The translations under genes and the position numbers were made by a program. A stretch of DNA of 64,000 nucleotides from Promethearchaeota archaeon (GTDB lineage: Archaea; Asgardarchaeota; Lokiarchaeia; Sigyniarchaeales; SOKP01): contig JAHPZI010000019.1 of NCBI GenBank assembly GCA_019058295.1, positions 1-64,000 of the forward strand, read 5' to 3'. The notes under the pieces were generated by a model. The model was not told where the DNA came from. It searched no databases and was given only the letters and a program-made list of their open reading frames with translations. This document shows, piece after piece, positions 19,922-28,285 of the stretch (position 1 is the first letter of the stretch; the number at the start of each line of letters is the position of its first letter).

Positions 19922-20776
19922 ATGAGCTATAATAGATTCATATTAGAGAAGAAATTAAAGGAATATTTAGAAGAAGATTGTCAATTTCAAGACGTAAGTT
20001 CAAGTTTTATACCGGAAGATGCTGAAAGTTCGGCGAAAATTAAAGCAAAAAGTAATGGATATATTTCCGGACTGGAGGAATTAGAAATTTTATTCGAACT
20101 ATTGGAAATTACCATAGATCTCAAGAAAAAAGATGGAGACGAAATTAAAAAAGGCGATATAATAGCAGAATTAAAAGGAAATGCAAAAAAAATATTAATC
20201 GGAGAGAGAGTTGGGCTTAACCTCCTAACACATATGAGCGCAATTACGACAACTACACGAAAATTTGTAAATATTATTGAAGAGACGGGAAAAAACGTGA
20301 GGATAGCAGCAACAAGAAAAACTATTCCAGGTCTTCGAATTTTTGAAAAGCGAGCTGTTGATTTAGGTGGCGGAGATACACACCGTTTCTCTCTAGATGA
20401 TATGATACTTTTAAAAGACACTCATTTAAGATATTATACAGGAGATGTCGCAGATCTTTTAAAGGATGTAAAAAAGAAGGCAAGCTTTTCTAAAAAAATA
20501 GAAATTGAAATTGAAAAAGTAGAAGATGCTATAGTTGCGGCAAAAAATGGCGCAGACATTATAATGCTAGATAATATGAGTCCTATTAAGGTAGAAGACG
20601 CAATAAATTCACTAAAAAATAACAAATTAAGGGATAAAGTAATTATTGAAGTTTCAGGAAGTATAAAATCAGAAAATCTCATCGACTATCTACATTCAGA
20701 GCCAGACGTAATAAGTACTAGTGAATTGACATTATTCCCCTCTGAACACGTAGATTTTTCGCTTCGGTTTGATTAA
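19922..20776 (+). CDS. nadC: Nicotinate-nucleotide diphosphorylase (quinolinate phosphoribosyltransferase)
   Basis: ATRKTIPG, HRFSLDD, LKDTH, IMLDNM. Start at ATG 19922. Confidence 0.94.
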   Translation: MSYNRFILEKKLKEYLEEDCQFQDVSSSFIPEDAESSAKIKAKSNGYISGLEELEILFELLEITIDLKKKDGDEIKKGDIIAELKGNAKKILIGERVGLNLLTHMSAITTTTRKFVNIIEETGKNVRIAATRKTIPGLRIFEKRAVDLGGGDTHRFSLDDMILLKDTHLRYYTGDVADLLKDVKKKASFSKKIEIEIEKVEDAIVAAKNGADIIMLDNMSPIKVEDAINSLKNNKLRDKVIIEVSGSIKSENLIDYLHSEPDVISTSELTLFPSEHVDFSLRFD

Positions 20777-20787
20777 ATTTATTAAAT

Positions 20788-21180
20788 TCATTCAATGACT
20801 AATTCGTGAATAGAACAAATAACATCTTTTATTTTAGCTAGTGAATTCTTTAAATCCTTTATAAGACCAAATTCTCCCACAGCTAAGATGACTTCAATTT
20901 TCTTCTCAGCGATGCGCCAATCTGTCGCTGTTTTTATTATTTGGCGAAATTTAGAATAAATTTCAGATATTTGATCAATAATCACTTCTTTGAACGGATA
21001 GACTAAACTAATAGTCGTTATTTTATATCCTTCTTTCTTATCGAATTTTTCTTGGTTTTCAATGAAATTAACGATAGCACCTCTTAGAGCTTCACTTTTA
21101 GAGTTAAAACCACTTAAAGTGCGAATTTTTTCGAATCTTTCTAATAACTCGTCACTCACTTGCAATGATATTATCGGCAT
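20788..21180 (-). CDS. NikR-like ribbon-helix-helix regulator lacking nickel ligands
   Basis: N-terminal IISLQVSDELL...GFNSKSEALRGAI RHH plus an ACT-like C-domain without the His/Cys set. Confidence 0.75.
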   Translation of the reverse strand: MPIISLQVSDELLERFEKIRTLSGFNSKSEALRGAIVNFIENQEKFDKKEGYKITTISLVYPFKEVIIDQISEIYSKFRQIIKTATDWRIAEKKIEVILAVGEFGLIKDLKNSLAKIKDVICSIHELVIE

Positions 21181-21243
21181 TATAAACTCATTAAGGAAAT
21201 GCTTGTAAATAAGTTTTATTCTGAATTTATTATAAAAAAAATT

Positions 21244-22323
21244 TTATTTTGGTTCTTTTCTTGGTATTCTTTCATCAATAGGCAACAGAGGAGTAAATTT
21301 TTTATGTGGTTCTAATTGATACCAATATGCTGTTGATGAATAGTCATCCGAACGCTGATTAGCATGGCCATGTTCGATTTTAACTTTAATATTTTTATGG
21401 AAGTAGATGGGATCTTCTATATGATATCTGTAATAAGACATGTACCTCCATTGTTTTTTACCGGATAATATGATACCAAAATATGGAGAACAATAATACT
21501 GTGTGGGACACCATGCTGTACAGAAATAATCTTCTGTACCAGTGCCATAAATCTTTATTTCTCCATCATCTATCTCTATGTAATCATCGCCCTCTCCAGG
21601 CCAATTGATCCTAGCCACCAGTTTCTTCTTATCATGTTTCTTCGTATCAAATAAATTATGTATGTCTAAATGACATCCTACATAATGACCTTCTCCCTCA
21701 GCCTCTAATATTAAATAATCATTCTCATGTGTCGGATTCTTTTTATGATGTTTCTGGATTCTACGAGCCGTTTCGTAATTATCTCCTGGACATTCTTTTA
21801 CTCTGTTCCAAAATACATGAAACCTTCCATAATTATCATCTAATTCAGGATATTCTTCATAATCAATATAAAAATAGCAGATTAGATGCGCATCTGTTTC
21901 ATTGTCAACTTCAATTCTTGCATTGTCTGAAAATGGCATTGGAAAAAAACAATTGAAACTTTTACCATCTTGAGGTGCCATAGCAAGTGGTAAACTCCAA
22001 AAATTTTTAGTTTTACCATGCCCCATTCCAAAAAAATCTCCAATGGGGCACTCCACAGAGGGGTTCTCTTCGTTATCCCACCACATCCGAATTACAATTT
22101 TTCTTAAGTAATCGCGATCTCTCGAGGCGAGTGTCATCCATATATGCTTTATGCATCCAGCTCCACTAATATTACATATTTCATGTTTTTGCATTGCTTC
22201 TATCAAGTGAAAATCTACATTTGCTCCAGTTTTATCATAACTCGAAATTCGCTTTCTTTTAAAATTTTTTCTTATTCTTGCTAAATTTGCCAATGAATTT
22301 GGACCAATATTCATGTTAATCAA
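21244..22323 (-). CDS. DUF2961 / GH172 family glycoside hydrolase
   Basis: SSYDKTGAN, GCIKHIWMT, PIGDFFG, GEGD, GTGTEDYF, EHGHAN motifs. Confidence 0.88.
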   Translation of the reverse strand: MINMNIGPNSLANLARIRKNFKRKRISSYDKTGANVDFHLIEAMQKHEICNISGAGCIKHIWMTLASRDRDYLRKIVIRMWWDNEENPSVECPIGDFFGMGHGKTKNFWSLPLAMAPQDGKSFNCFFPMPFSDNARIEVDNETDAHLICYFYIDYEEYPELDDNYGRFHVFWNRVKECPGDNYETARRIQKHHKKNPTHENDYLILEAEGEGHYVGCHLDIHNLFDTKKHDKKKLVARINWPGEGDDYIEIDDGEIKIYGTGTEDYFCTAWCPTQYYCSPYFGIILSGKKQWRYMSYYRYHIEDPIYFHKNIKVKIEHGHANQRSDDYSSTAYWYQLEPHKKFTPLLPIDERIPRKEPK

Positions 22324-22418
22324 ATTATTTATTTTGTTGTAGAATGATTATAATTTATCTGTAATAATACTATCCATTCCATCAAGTGGATAATATTATG
22401 AAAAAAATAAAAAGGAAT

Positions 22419-22464
22419 TATTTTTTTCTCATTCCTCTATTAACATTAGCCTTTCAAATTGTTC
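22419..22464 (+). repeat. Direct repeat copy A1: orphan copy of the sulfatase 3' end
   Basis: tatttttttctcattcctctattaacattagcctttcaaattgttc matches 23370-23415 with 2 mismatches in 46 bp. Confidence 0.85.
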
Positions 22465-22544
22465 GGCATCATCTTAAAAAGACTAAATTCAAATGATTTC
22501 TATTGAATAAAAACTTAAATATCAGATAAATTTAATAAATATTC

Positions 22545-23294
22545 ATGGATCTAAATTTTTTTCAAACTGTTCAAGGAATATGTGCTTTAATCTTTGTTAT
22601 TTTCACTTTTATTTTAGCATTAATAATTATTATAAAATATTTTGAATTTAAAGATTTTAAACTTCTTCTCGTAGGAACCGCGATTATTGGGTTATCGATG
22701 CCCTATGTTCCGGATTCAATAATGTTTTTCATTATAGTTTCCACACAAGGTAATCTTTCTGATGCTTACTATCTTGAAACCCTTATTATTTTAGTTGCTG
22801 TAACTACATTTATCTCCTCGATAAGTGTCTTCTGTTGGGTATACGCCATCGCAGAATTTATTGGATTAGACAAAACAAAACAGAAAAAAGTTCTTTTACT
22901 ATACACTGTGGCGATGATCGTTTTCTTTGTCCTCTATTTTACATTTTTAATAATTGATATCAGAGTCGTTACTTATTTCCACGGACCCTTTGATTATCAA
23001 TGGGGGTTGTTAGCGATAATTTATTTTATTACAGTATTATTTATATTACTCATAGGGGCTTTAATCTTTGTAGGAATAGCAATTAAGACGCAAAATCCCG
23101 AAGCAAAATTAAAAGCAAAATTTTTACTAATTGGATCTGTATCCTATATCATTGCGACCATTCTCCCATTTTTCGTATATACCATAGAAATGTTAATTAT
23201 ATCAAGAATAATTCTAATTATTTGCTCAATTTTAATTTATATAGGATTTATCCTTCCAGATTCATTGAAAAAGAGATGGCTTAAACAAACTTAA
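22545..23294 (+). CDS. Stand-alone 7-TM membrane protein
   Basis: Seven hydrophobic segments and no soluble output domain. Confidence 0.75.
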   Translation: MDLNFFQTVQGICALIFVIFTFILALIIIIKYFEFKDFKLLLVGTAIIGLSMPYVPDSIMFFIIVSTQGNLSDAYYLETLIILVAVTTFISSISVFCWVYAIAEFIGLDKTKQKKVLLLYTVAMIVFFVLYFTFLIIDIRVVTYFHGPFDYQWGLLAIIYFITVLFILLIGALIFVGIAIKTQNPEAKLKAKFLLIGSVSYIIATILPFFVYTIEMLIISRIILIICSILIYIGFILPDSLKKRWLKQT

Positions 23295-23344
23295 TTGTTT
23301 TTCTAATTATAATCTTGTTACATCATAGATCAATTAGTTCATCA

Positions 23345-23364
23345 TAAATAAATAAATAAATAAA
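23345..23364 (+). repeat. (TAAA)5 microsatellite
   Basis: taaataaataaataaataaa between convergent genes. Confidence 0.6.
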
Positions 23365-23369
23365 AGATC

Positions 23370-23415
23370 TATTTTTTTCTCATTTCTCTATTAACATTAA
23401 CCTTTCAAATTGTTC
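23370..23415 (+). repeat. Direct repeat copy A2 (live sulfatase 3' end and stop)
   Basis: Matches 22419-22464. Confidence 0.85.
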
Positions 23416-24999
23416 AGGGGGACAGCCTTCCTTCTTTAATATATCTCTCATTTTTTGAATCATATTCTGTTCCAGTTCTTTATAATCTTCGTTATCTGCA
23501 AGATTATTCTGGAAATTAGGATCTTCTTTGCGATTGAATAAGTAATTTTGTTTTTGCCCCTTACTATCTACCATTGAAGATAAAAAAACTGATGGGATAG
23601 GGATCTTCCATTGGGGGAAAACCACACCTGGAATGAAAAATCCAGTATCAACTTGTTTTGCTAATTGGGCAACCATATTTTCTGCCACTTCATATTTGAT
23701 CTTAACTCCAAGAACTTCACCTAAATTACTTATAACGCTAGGAGACATGAACATAGAAAAGCTTGAAGAATACCAATGAAGAGGTTTTTTAGCATTAAAA
23801 CCACGGATATAAGTTGTATCCCATGTAGTTAGATGACAGCCAGTTCCGAATATTCCATATAATATATAATCTCTAATTGATTTCTCATCTCCACTCAAAA
23901 CAGGTAATAAAGATTTTCCATCAACCATAGCAGAATCGTCTTTTTCCGCACCTAAGGCATGTAAAATAGTAGCTCGAAGGTCCACAATTGTAGAAAAAGT
24001 TGATGATATTCTTTTCTTTCCATCCATTTCAGGATGATAAATAATTAAAGGAATATTACCTACATCTTCAAAAATGGGATGACCTTTTGCAAATTGTTTG
24101 ATCTTTTTCTCTGGCTCAGCAAGTGCATGTCCATGATCAGCTGTAAGTATTACCATTGTATTTTCCCAGAGATTATATTGATCCATTTTATCCCATAAGT
24201 TACCTAACCATCTATCTACCATGGTAACTTTTCCTTTATATTGGTTCCTTATAAAATCTAATTCTTCGTTTGAAGTATTCTTCATAAATTTAGTTAAAGT
24301 TTTTCTGTCTTGGTAAGGAGGCCAGCAAGTGAAATCTTCATTATATGGACCATACATAGATCGATATGGCTCAGGAACATAGAAAGGCTCGTGAGGATCA
24401 AAACTTTCGATATGAAGAAAGAATTTTTCATGAGAATGATTTTTATCCAACCAATCACAAGCAGATTGCATTATTTTCGGTCCATGAAAGTCTTCTTCCC
24501 CCTTATAATGTTTTACATTTCTATAATACTGGAGAGCTCCTGTTTTTGAAGACCTCCATTTTAATATAGATTTTACCCAACCGGGGTAATTTACTTCATC
24601 TTCTAAAGGTTCAGTACTTGCTGTGTCCATCTCATGTCCTCTAATGAGATCAGTATACATATAATTCTCATGATATCCATGAACTAAGCCTGCTTGTTCC
24701 CAATAATGGTAGTGATCAGTAATTAAAGCCGTTACAGCTCCTAGCTTTCTTGCTTCTAAGGGTAATGGGCGATCAAAGGGCTCCATACTTCCCCAAAACC
24801 TCCAGAGAAATTCATTTTTCCTTCCAGAAAAAAGCTCTCTACGGGCAGGCATGCAGGGTGCGGAGCATAGAAAATGATTCTCAAATACCACCCCTTTATC
24901 AGCAAGTTTTTGCATATTTTTAGTATCCACTTGCTGATTGCCATAAGGCTCAATATAAGACTTGTTTAAACTATCAAAAAGAATAAAAATAACATTCAT
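23380..24999 (-). CDS. Cys-type formylglycine-dependent sulfatase
   Basis: ILFDS, CMPAR (CxPxR), DPHEP, TADHG. Confidence 0.9.
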   Translation of the reverse strand: MNVIFILFDSLNKSYIEPYGNQQVDTKNMQKLADKGVVFENHFLCSAPCMPARRELFSGRKNEFLWRFWGSMEPFDRPLPLEARKLGAVTALITDHYHYWEQAGLVHGYHENYMYTDLIRGHEMDTASTEPLEDEVNYPGWVKSILKWRSSKTGALQYYRNVKHYKGEEDFHGPKIMQSACDWLDKNHSHEKFFLHIESFDPHEPFYVPEPYRSMYGPYNEDFTCWPPYQDRKTLTKFMKNTSNEELDFIRNQYKGKVTMVDRWLGNLWDKMDQYNLWENTMVILTADHGHALAEPEKKIKQFAKGHPIFEDVGNIPLIIYHPEMDGKKRISSTFSTIVDLRATILHALGAEKDDSAMVDGKSLLPVLSGDEKSIRDYILYGIFGTGCHLTTWDTTYIRGFNAKKPLHWYSSSFSMFMSPSVISNLGEVLGVKIKYEVAENMVAQLAKQVDTGFFIPGVVFPQWKIPIPSVFLSSMVDSKGQKQNYLFNRKEDPNFQNNLADNEDYKELEQNMIQKMRDILKKEGCPPEQFERLMLIEK

Positions 25000-25102
25000 A
25001 GTTATATCTGATATTTTGAATTATTTAAGTCTTTAAAATTACTTAGAAAATATATTTATTACATTTATTTAAATTAAGAAGAACTCCTTTTTTTTCATTT
25101 AT

Positions 25103-25948
25103 TTATAAGAATTTTTGGATAAATTCTATACTTTGTGTCAAATCTTCAGCAGAAGATAGTTCCACGATTAATGGGCCTTTATAGTTGTACTCCTTTACTA
25201 TCTTAAATATTTCGTCAAAATTAATTTCTCCTGAGCCTAAAGCAGGATGACTATCCTTTTCTTTATCATTATTATCGACTAAATGAATATTTTTGATGAT
25301 TTTACTGAGTTTCTCCCATAGATAACTAACATCCAAATCGTTTGTCCATCCGTGTGAAGTGTCATAACATAAGAAAAGATCGTTTCTATTTACAGCAGAA
25401 AAGAATTTTTCAATTTCTTTTTCTTTTAATAACATTAAGACATTTTTAGGCATATTTTCCATACAAACCATAACATCTAAATCAGTTACAGCATCTAGAA
25501 GTTTATTTACTGCTTTTATTAATTGGTTTGTATTGGAATTCTTAATAGAATTTATTAGGAAGTTGGCGACTCCTGGATGAATAACCATGATTTGAGCATC
25601 AATTTCTTGGCATATTTCTGCGGTTTCTATATAAAATTCTACGGACGCTTGAGAGATTTTATTGTTGTGAGAACACATACCCATATCTATAAAAGGTCCG
25701 TGCACTTGTTTTTTAATATTTGAAAATGAATTACACATGTCGATAAACTTTTGTCTTTTTTCACTCGTTAAAATTTCTGGAGGATCTAAGACAATTTCAC
25801 ATATCTTATTATCGTTTTCTTCAGCAAATTTAAAACAGGATTCAGTAGCATCAAACAGTAAATTATATAAATTTTTAAATTTTCCTGACAACCCCAGATC
25901 TACAAGAAAACCAAGAGAACTGATACCTAATTCCATTAATATCAACAC
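25103..25948 (-). CDS. Sugar phosphate isomerase/epimerase (AP endonuclease 2 TIM barrel)
   Basis: VHGPF, VIHPG, MENMP, DTSH, IHLVDN, H..LG.G, IVE. Confidence 0.85.
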   Translation of the reverse strand: MLILMELGISSLGFLVDLGLSGKFKNLYNLLFDATESCFKFAEENDNKICEIVLDPPEILTSEKRQKFIDMCNSFSNIKKQVHGPFIDMGMCSHNNKISQASVEFYIETAEICQEIDAQIMVIHPGVANFLINSIKNSNTNQLIKAVNKLLDAVTDLDVMVCMENMPKNVLMLLKEKEIEKFFSAVNRNDLFLCYDTSHGWTNDLDVSYLWEKLSKIIKNIHLVDNNDKEKDSHPALGSGEINFDEIFKIVKEYNYKGPLIVELSSAEDLTQSIEFIQKFL

Positions 25949-25956
25949 GTATTTTT

Positions 25957-26628
25957 TTATTTCAGCATTTTCCGTGGATAATTCGCAAAAAGGCTATTAA
26001 ATAATTTCTTAAATCTATCACATTGATCTTCTGGAATAATTTTTGGGTCCCCAACTTGTAAAGCTCCCCAATACACTTTTGCAAGTTTTTCAATTAATTC
26101 CGCAAATTTGACAGCATGTTCCACTGACTTTCCGCAAACAATTACTCCATGATTCGCTATAAGAGCGCCATTTTTTATTCCCAATGCTTTAAGTGCTGAT
26201 TGACCAATCTTTTCTGTATGCGCTTCCCCTGGAGGAGATATATCAACGGCCCCACCTAGGAATGCCACTTGTTCTTCCATTATTATAGGAATACTCATTT
26301 GATTAACTGAAAGCATTGTAGCATAGGTTGAATGAGTATGTATGACTGAGTGAACCTTTGGACGCGATTCGTAAATCATTGTATGCATTATTGCCTCTGT
26401 AGATGGCAACTTACCTTTACTTAAAGGAGTTCCATCAAATTTCATGTGGACAACTTGATCTTCTGTTAAAATTTCGTAATTATTAAACGAAGGAGTTATA
26501 AAGAACTCTTCTTTTTTTCCGTTTCTTACACTTACATTCCCTTCTCCAAAATCAACTAATCCTTTATTAAAGATGGCTTTAGCTCCTTTAACAACTTCAG
26601 CCCGATATAGTACTTCTTTTTCTGCCAT
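25957..26628 (-). CDS. Class II aldolase/adducin family (fuculose-1-phosphate aldolase-like)
   Basis: GNVSVR, ITPS, PSTE..MH, HTHS, ANHG. Confidence 0.9.
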   Translation of the reverse strand: MAEKEVLYRAEVVKGAKAIFNKGLVDFGEGNVSVRNGKKEEFFITPSFNNYEILTEDQVVHMKFDGTPLSKGKLPSTEAIMHTMIYESRPKVHSVIHTHSTYATMLSVNQMSIPIIMEEQVAFLGGAVDISPPGEAHTEKIGQSALKALGIKNGALIANHGVIVCGKSVEHAVKFAELIEKLAKVYWGALQVGDPKIIPEDQCDRFKKLFNSLFANYPRKMLK

Positions 26629-26719
26629 AAGATAATAAATTAAGAATTCGTTAAAAAGATAAGTAGGCTCGTTTAAATTTTAATGGTACATAAAAAATTT
26701 AATATTTACTATATAGAAA

Positions 26720-27646
26720 TTATATTGAAAAGAAATTAATTCTGATAAAATCTGCTACTTCATCGTGGAGTAGCCCATTTGTACCAATGATGCCAGGGGA
26801 TCTTAAAATACATTTGTTATCTTTAAATGTTAAGCGTTCCTCGTCAAGATCCGTCACTATTCCACCAGCTTCTCGTACTAATAAATCTCCTGGGGAATAA
26901 TCCCATGAAGATGCCTCATATCCCATAATTGGTTTAACATATATATCACAGCTTCCATCTGCTACCATACAAAATTTTGCCATGCTATCTAACTGAATCC
27001 GGTCTTTTATACCTATTTTTTCTGCAAATTGCACAACCCAAGGCATATCATAATGCAATGAATGACACATACGTGCTTTTTTAATATCTTTTTGAGTACT
27101 TACATGAATAGGCTTAAAATCAGCTCCTCCATAGGAAGCCTTTGCTCCGTGAAGTAATTCAGCACTAAAGATTGCTAAACCTCTGTCATCATAATCAGGA
27201 ACAGCTATGGCACAGATTTTTGGTATTGATTTTTCCATTAAACAAATCCCCAAAGCATATGATAGACCTTCTTGAAAACCTCGGGTTCCATCGATTGGAT
27301 CAATAGTCCAAATGCGATTACTACTTTTTCCCCGATAATTTAAAATTTCTTTCACTTCTGCTACATTATGAATATTTAAATCACGAAAACAATCTCTAAT
27401 AACTTTTATTCCTTTATCATCAATTAAAGAGATAGCGTCTTCTTCTGCAATAATTTGATCCTTTGGGTATAATTCTTTTAATTTTGTTATTATATAGATT
27501 TGTGAGGCAAAATCGGCAATGGTTACAGGACTTGAGTCGTTTTTCTCAAAGATTTCAAACCCAGTTTTTCTAAACCATTCTGTGATTTCAGATGCTTTTT
27601 TTATTATCTCTGTTCCTAATTCTAAATCCTTTTTATAATCTGACAT
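26720..27646 (-). CDS. 3'(2'),5'-bisphosphate nucleotidase / inositol monophosphatase family (HAL2-like)
   Basis: KNDSSPVTIADFASQ, AEED, DPIDGT.GF, DSMAK, WD..PG. Confidence 0.85.
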   Translation of the reverse strand: MSDYKKDLELGTEIIKKASEITEWFRKTGFEIFEKNDSSPVTIADFASQIYIITKLKELYPKDQIIAEEDAISLIDDKGIKVIRDCFRDLNIHNVAEVKEILNYRGKSSNRIWTIDPIDGTRGFQEGLSYALGICLMEKSIPKICAIAVPDYDDRGLAIFSAELLHGAKASYGGADFKPIHVSTQKDIKKARMCHSLHYDMPWVVQFAEKIGIKDRIQLDSMAKFCMVADGSCDIYVKPIMGYEASSWDYSPGDLLVREAGGIVTDLDEERLTFKDNKCILRSPGIIGTNGLLHDEVADFIRINFFSI

Positions 27647-27709
27647 TCACAAATATTCCTAATATTTTCAATATAAAATATAAATCATTAAAAGAATTTA
27701 ATTATAATT

Positions 27710-28285
27710 ATGATTTCAAGAATTGATCATATATCCTTAGCAGTTAGAGATTTTGATAAAGCCTATAAATTTTTTACCAAGATTTTAGGCGCCACTAAAG
27801 CGTCGCATGCACGTGATAAGTATTTAAAATATTACTGGGAGATTTTAAGATTGGGAGATCTTTCAAGAATTGAACTATTAAAACCTCTTGGTGAAGGTAG
27901 CTTTCTAAGTAATTTTTTAAAGAAAAGAGAGGGAGTACATCATATAAACCTAGAGACTCCCGATATCGAGAGGACAAGAAAAATGCTAGAGGATAATAAA
28001 GTTCCATATTTTGGTTTTAAAAATTATGGTGAAGCTTGGAAAGAGCTTTTTATCCATCCCAGAGACGCATTTGGTGTATTAATCCAAATCGCAGAATTTA
28101 GGCCTGATGATTGGCTTGCTCCTGCAGACATAATGGAGAAAGGGAGAAAATGGATGGTATCTAAAAAAGATAATAAATATGAACTTTCTTTTAAACATCC
28201 AGGAGGAGGAAAGGTAAATTTTGATATGGATAAAGAAGAGATTAACAAGTTAATTAATGATCTTAAAAATTTAATTGATGTCTAA
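27710..28285 (+). CDS. VOC family protein, methylmalonyl-CoA epimerase-like, with C-terminal extension
   Basis: RIDHISLAV, RIELLKP, EGVHHI, FIHPRDAFGVLIQ. Confidence 0.8.
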   Translation: MISRIDHISLAVRDFDKAYKFFTKILGATKASHARDKYLKYYWEILRLGDLSRIELLKPLGEGSFLSNFLKKREGVHHINLETPDIERTRKMLEDNKVPYFGFKNYGEAWKELFIHPRDAFGVLIQIAEFRPDDWLAPADIMEKGRKWMVSKKDNKYELSFKHPGGGKVNFDMDKEEINKLINDLKNLIDV

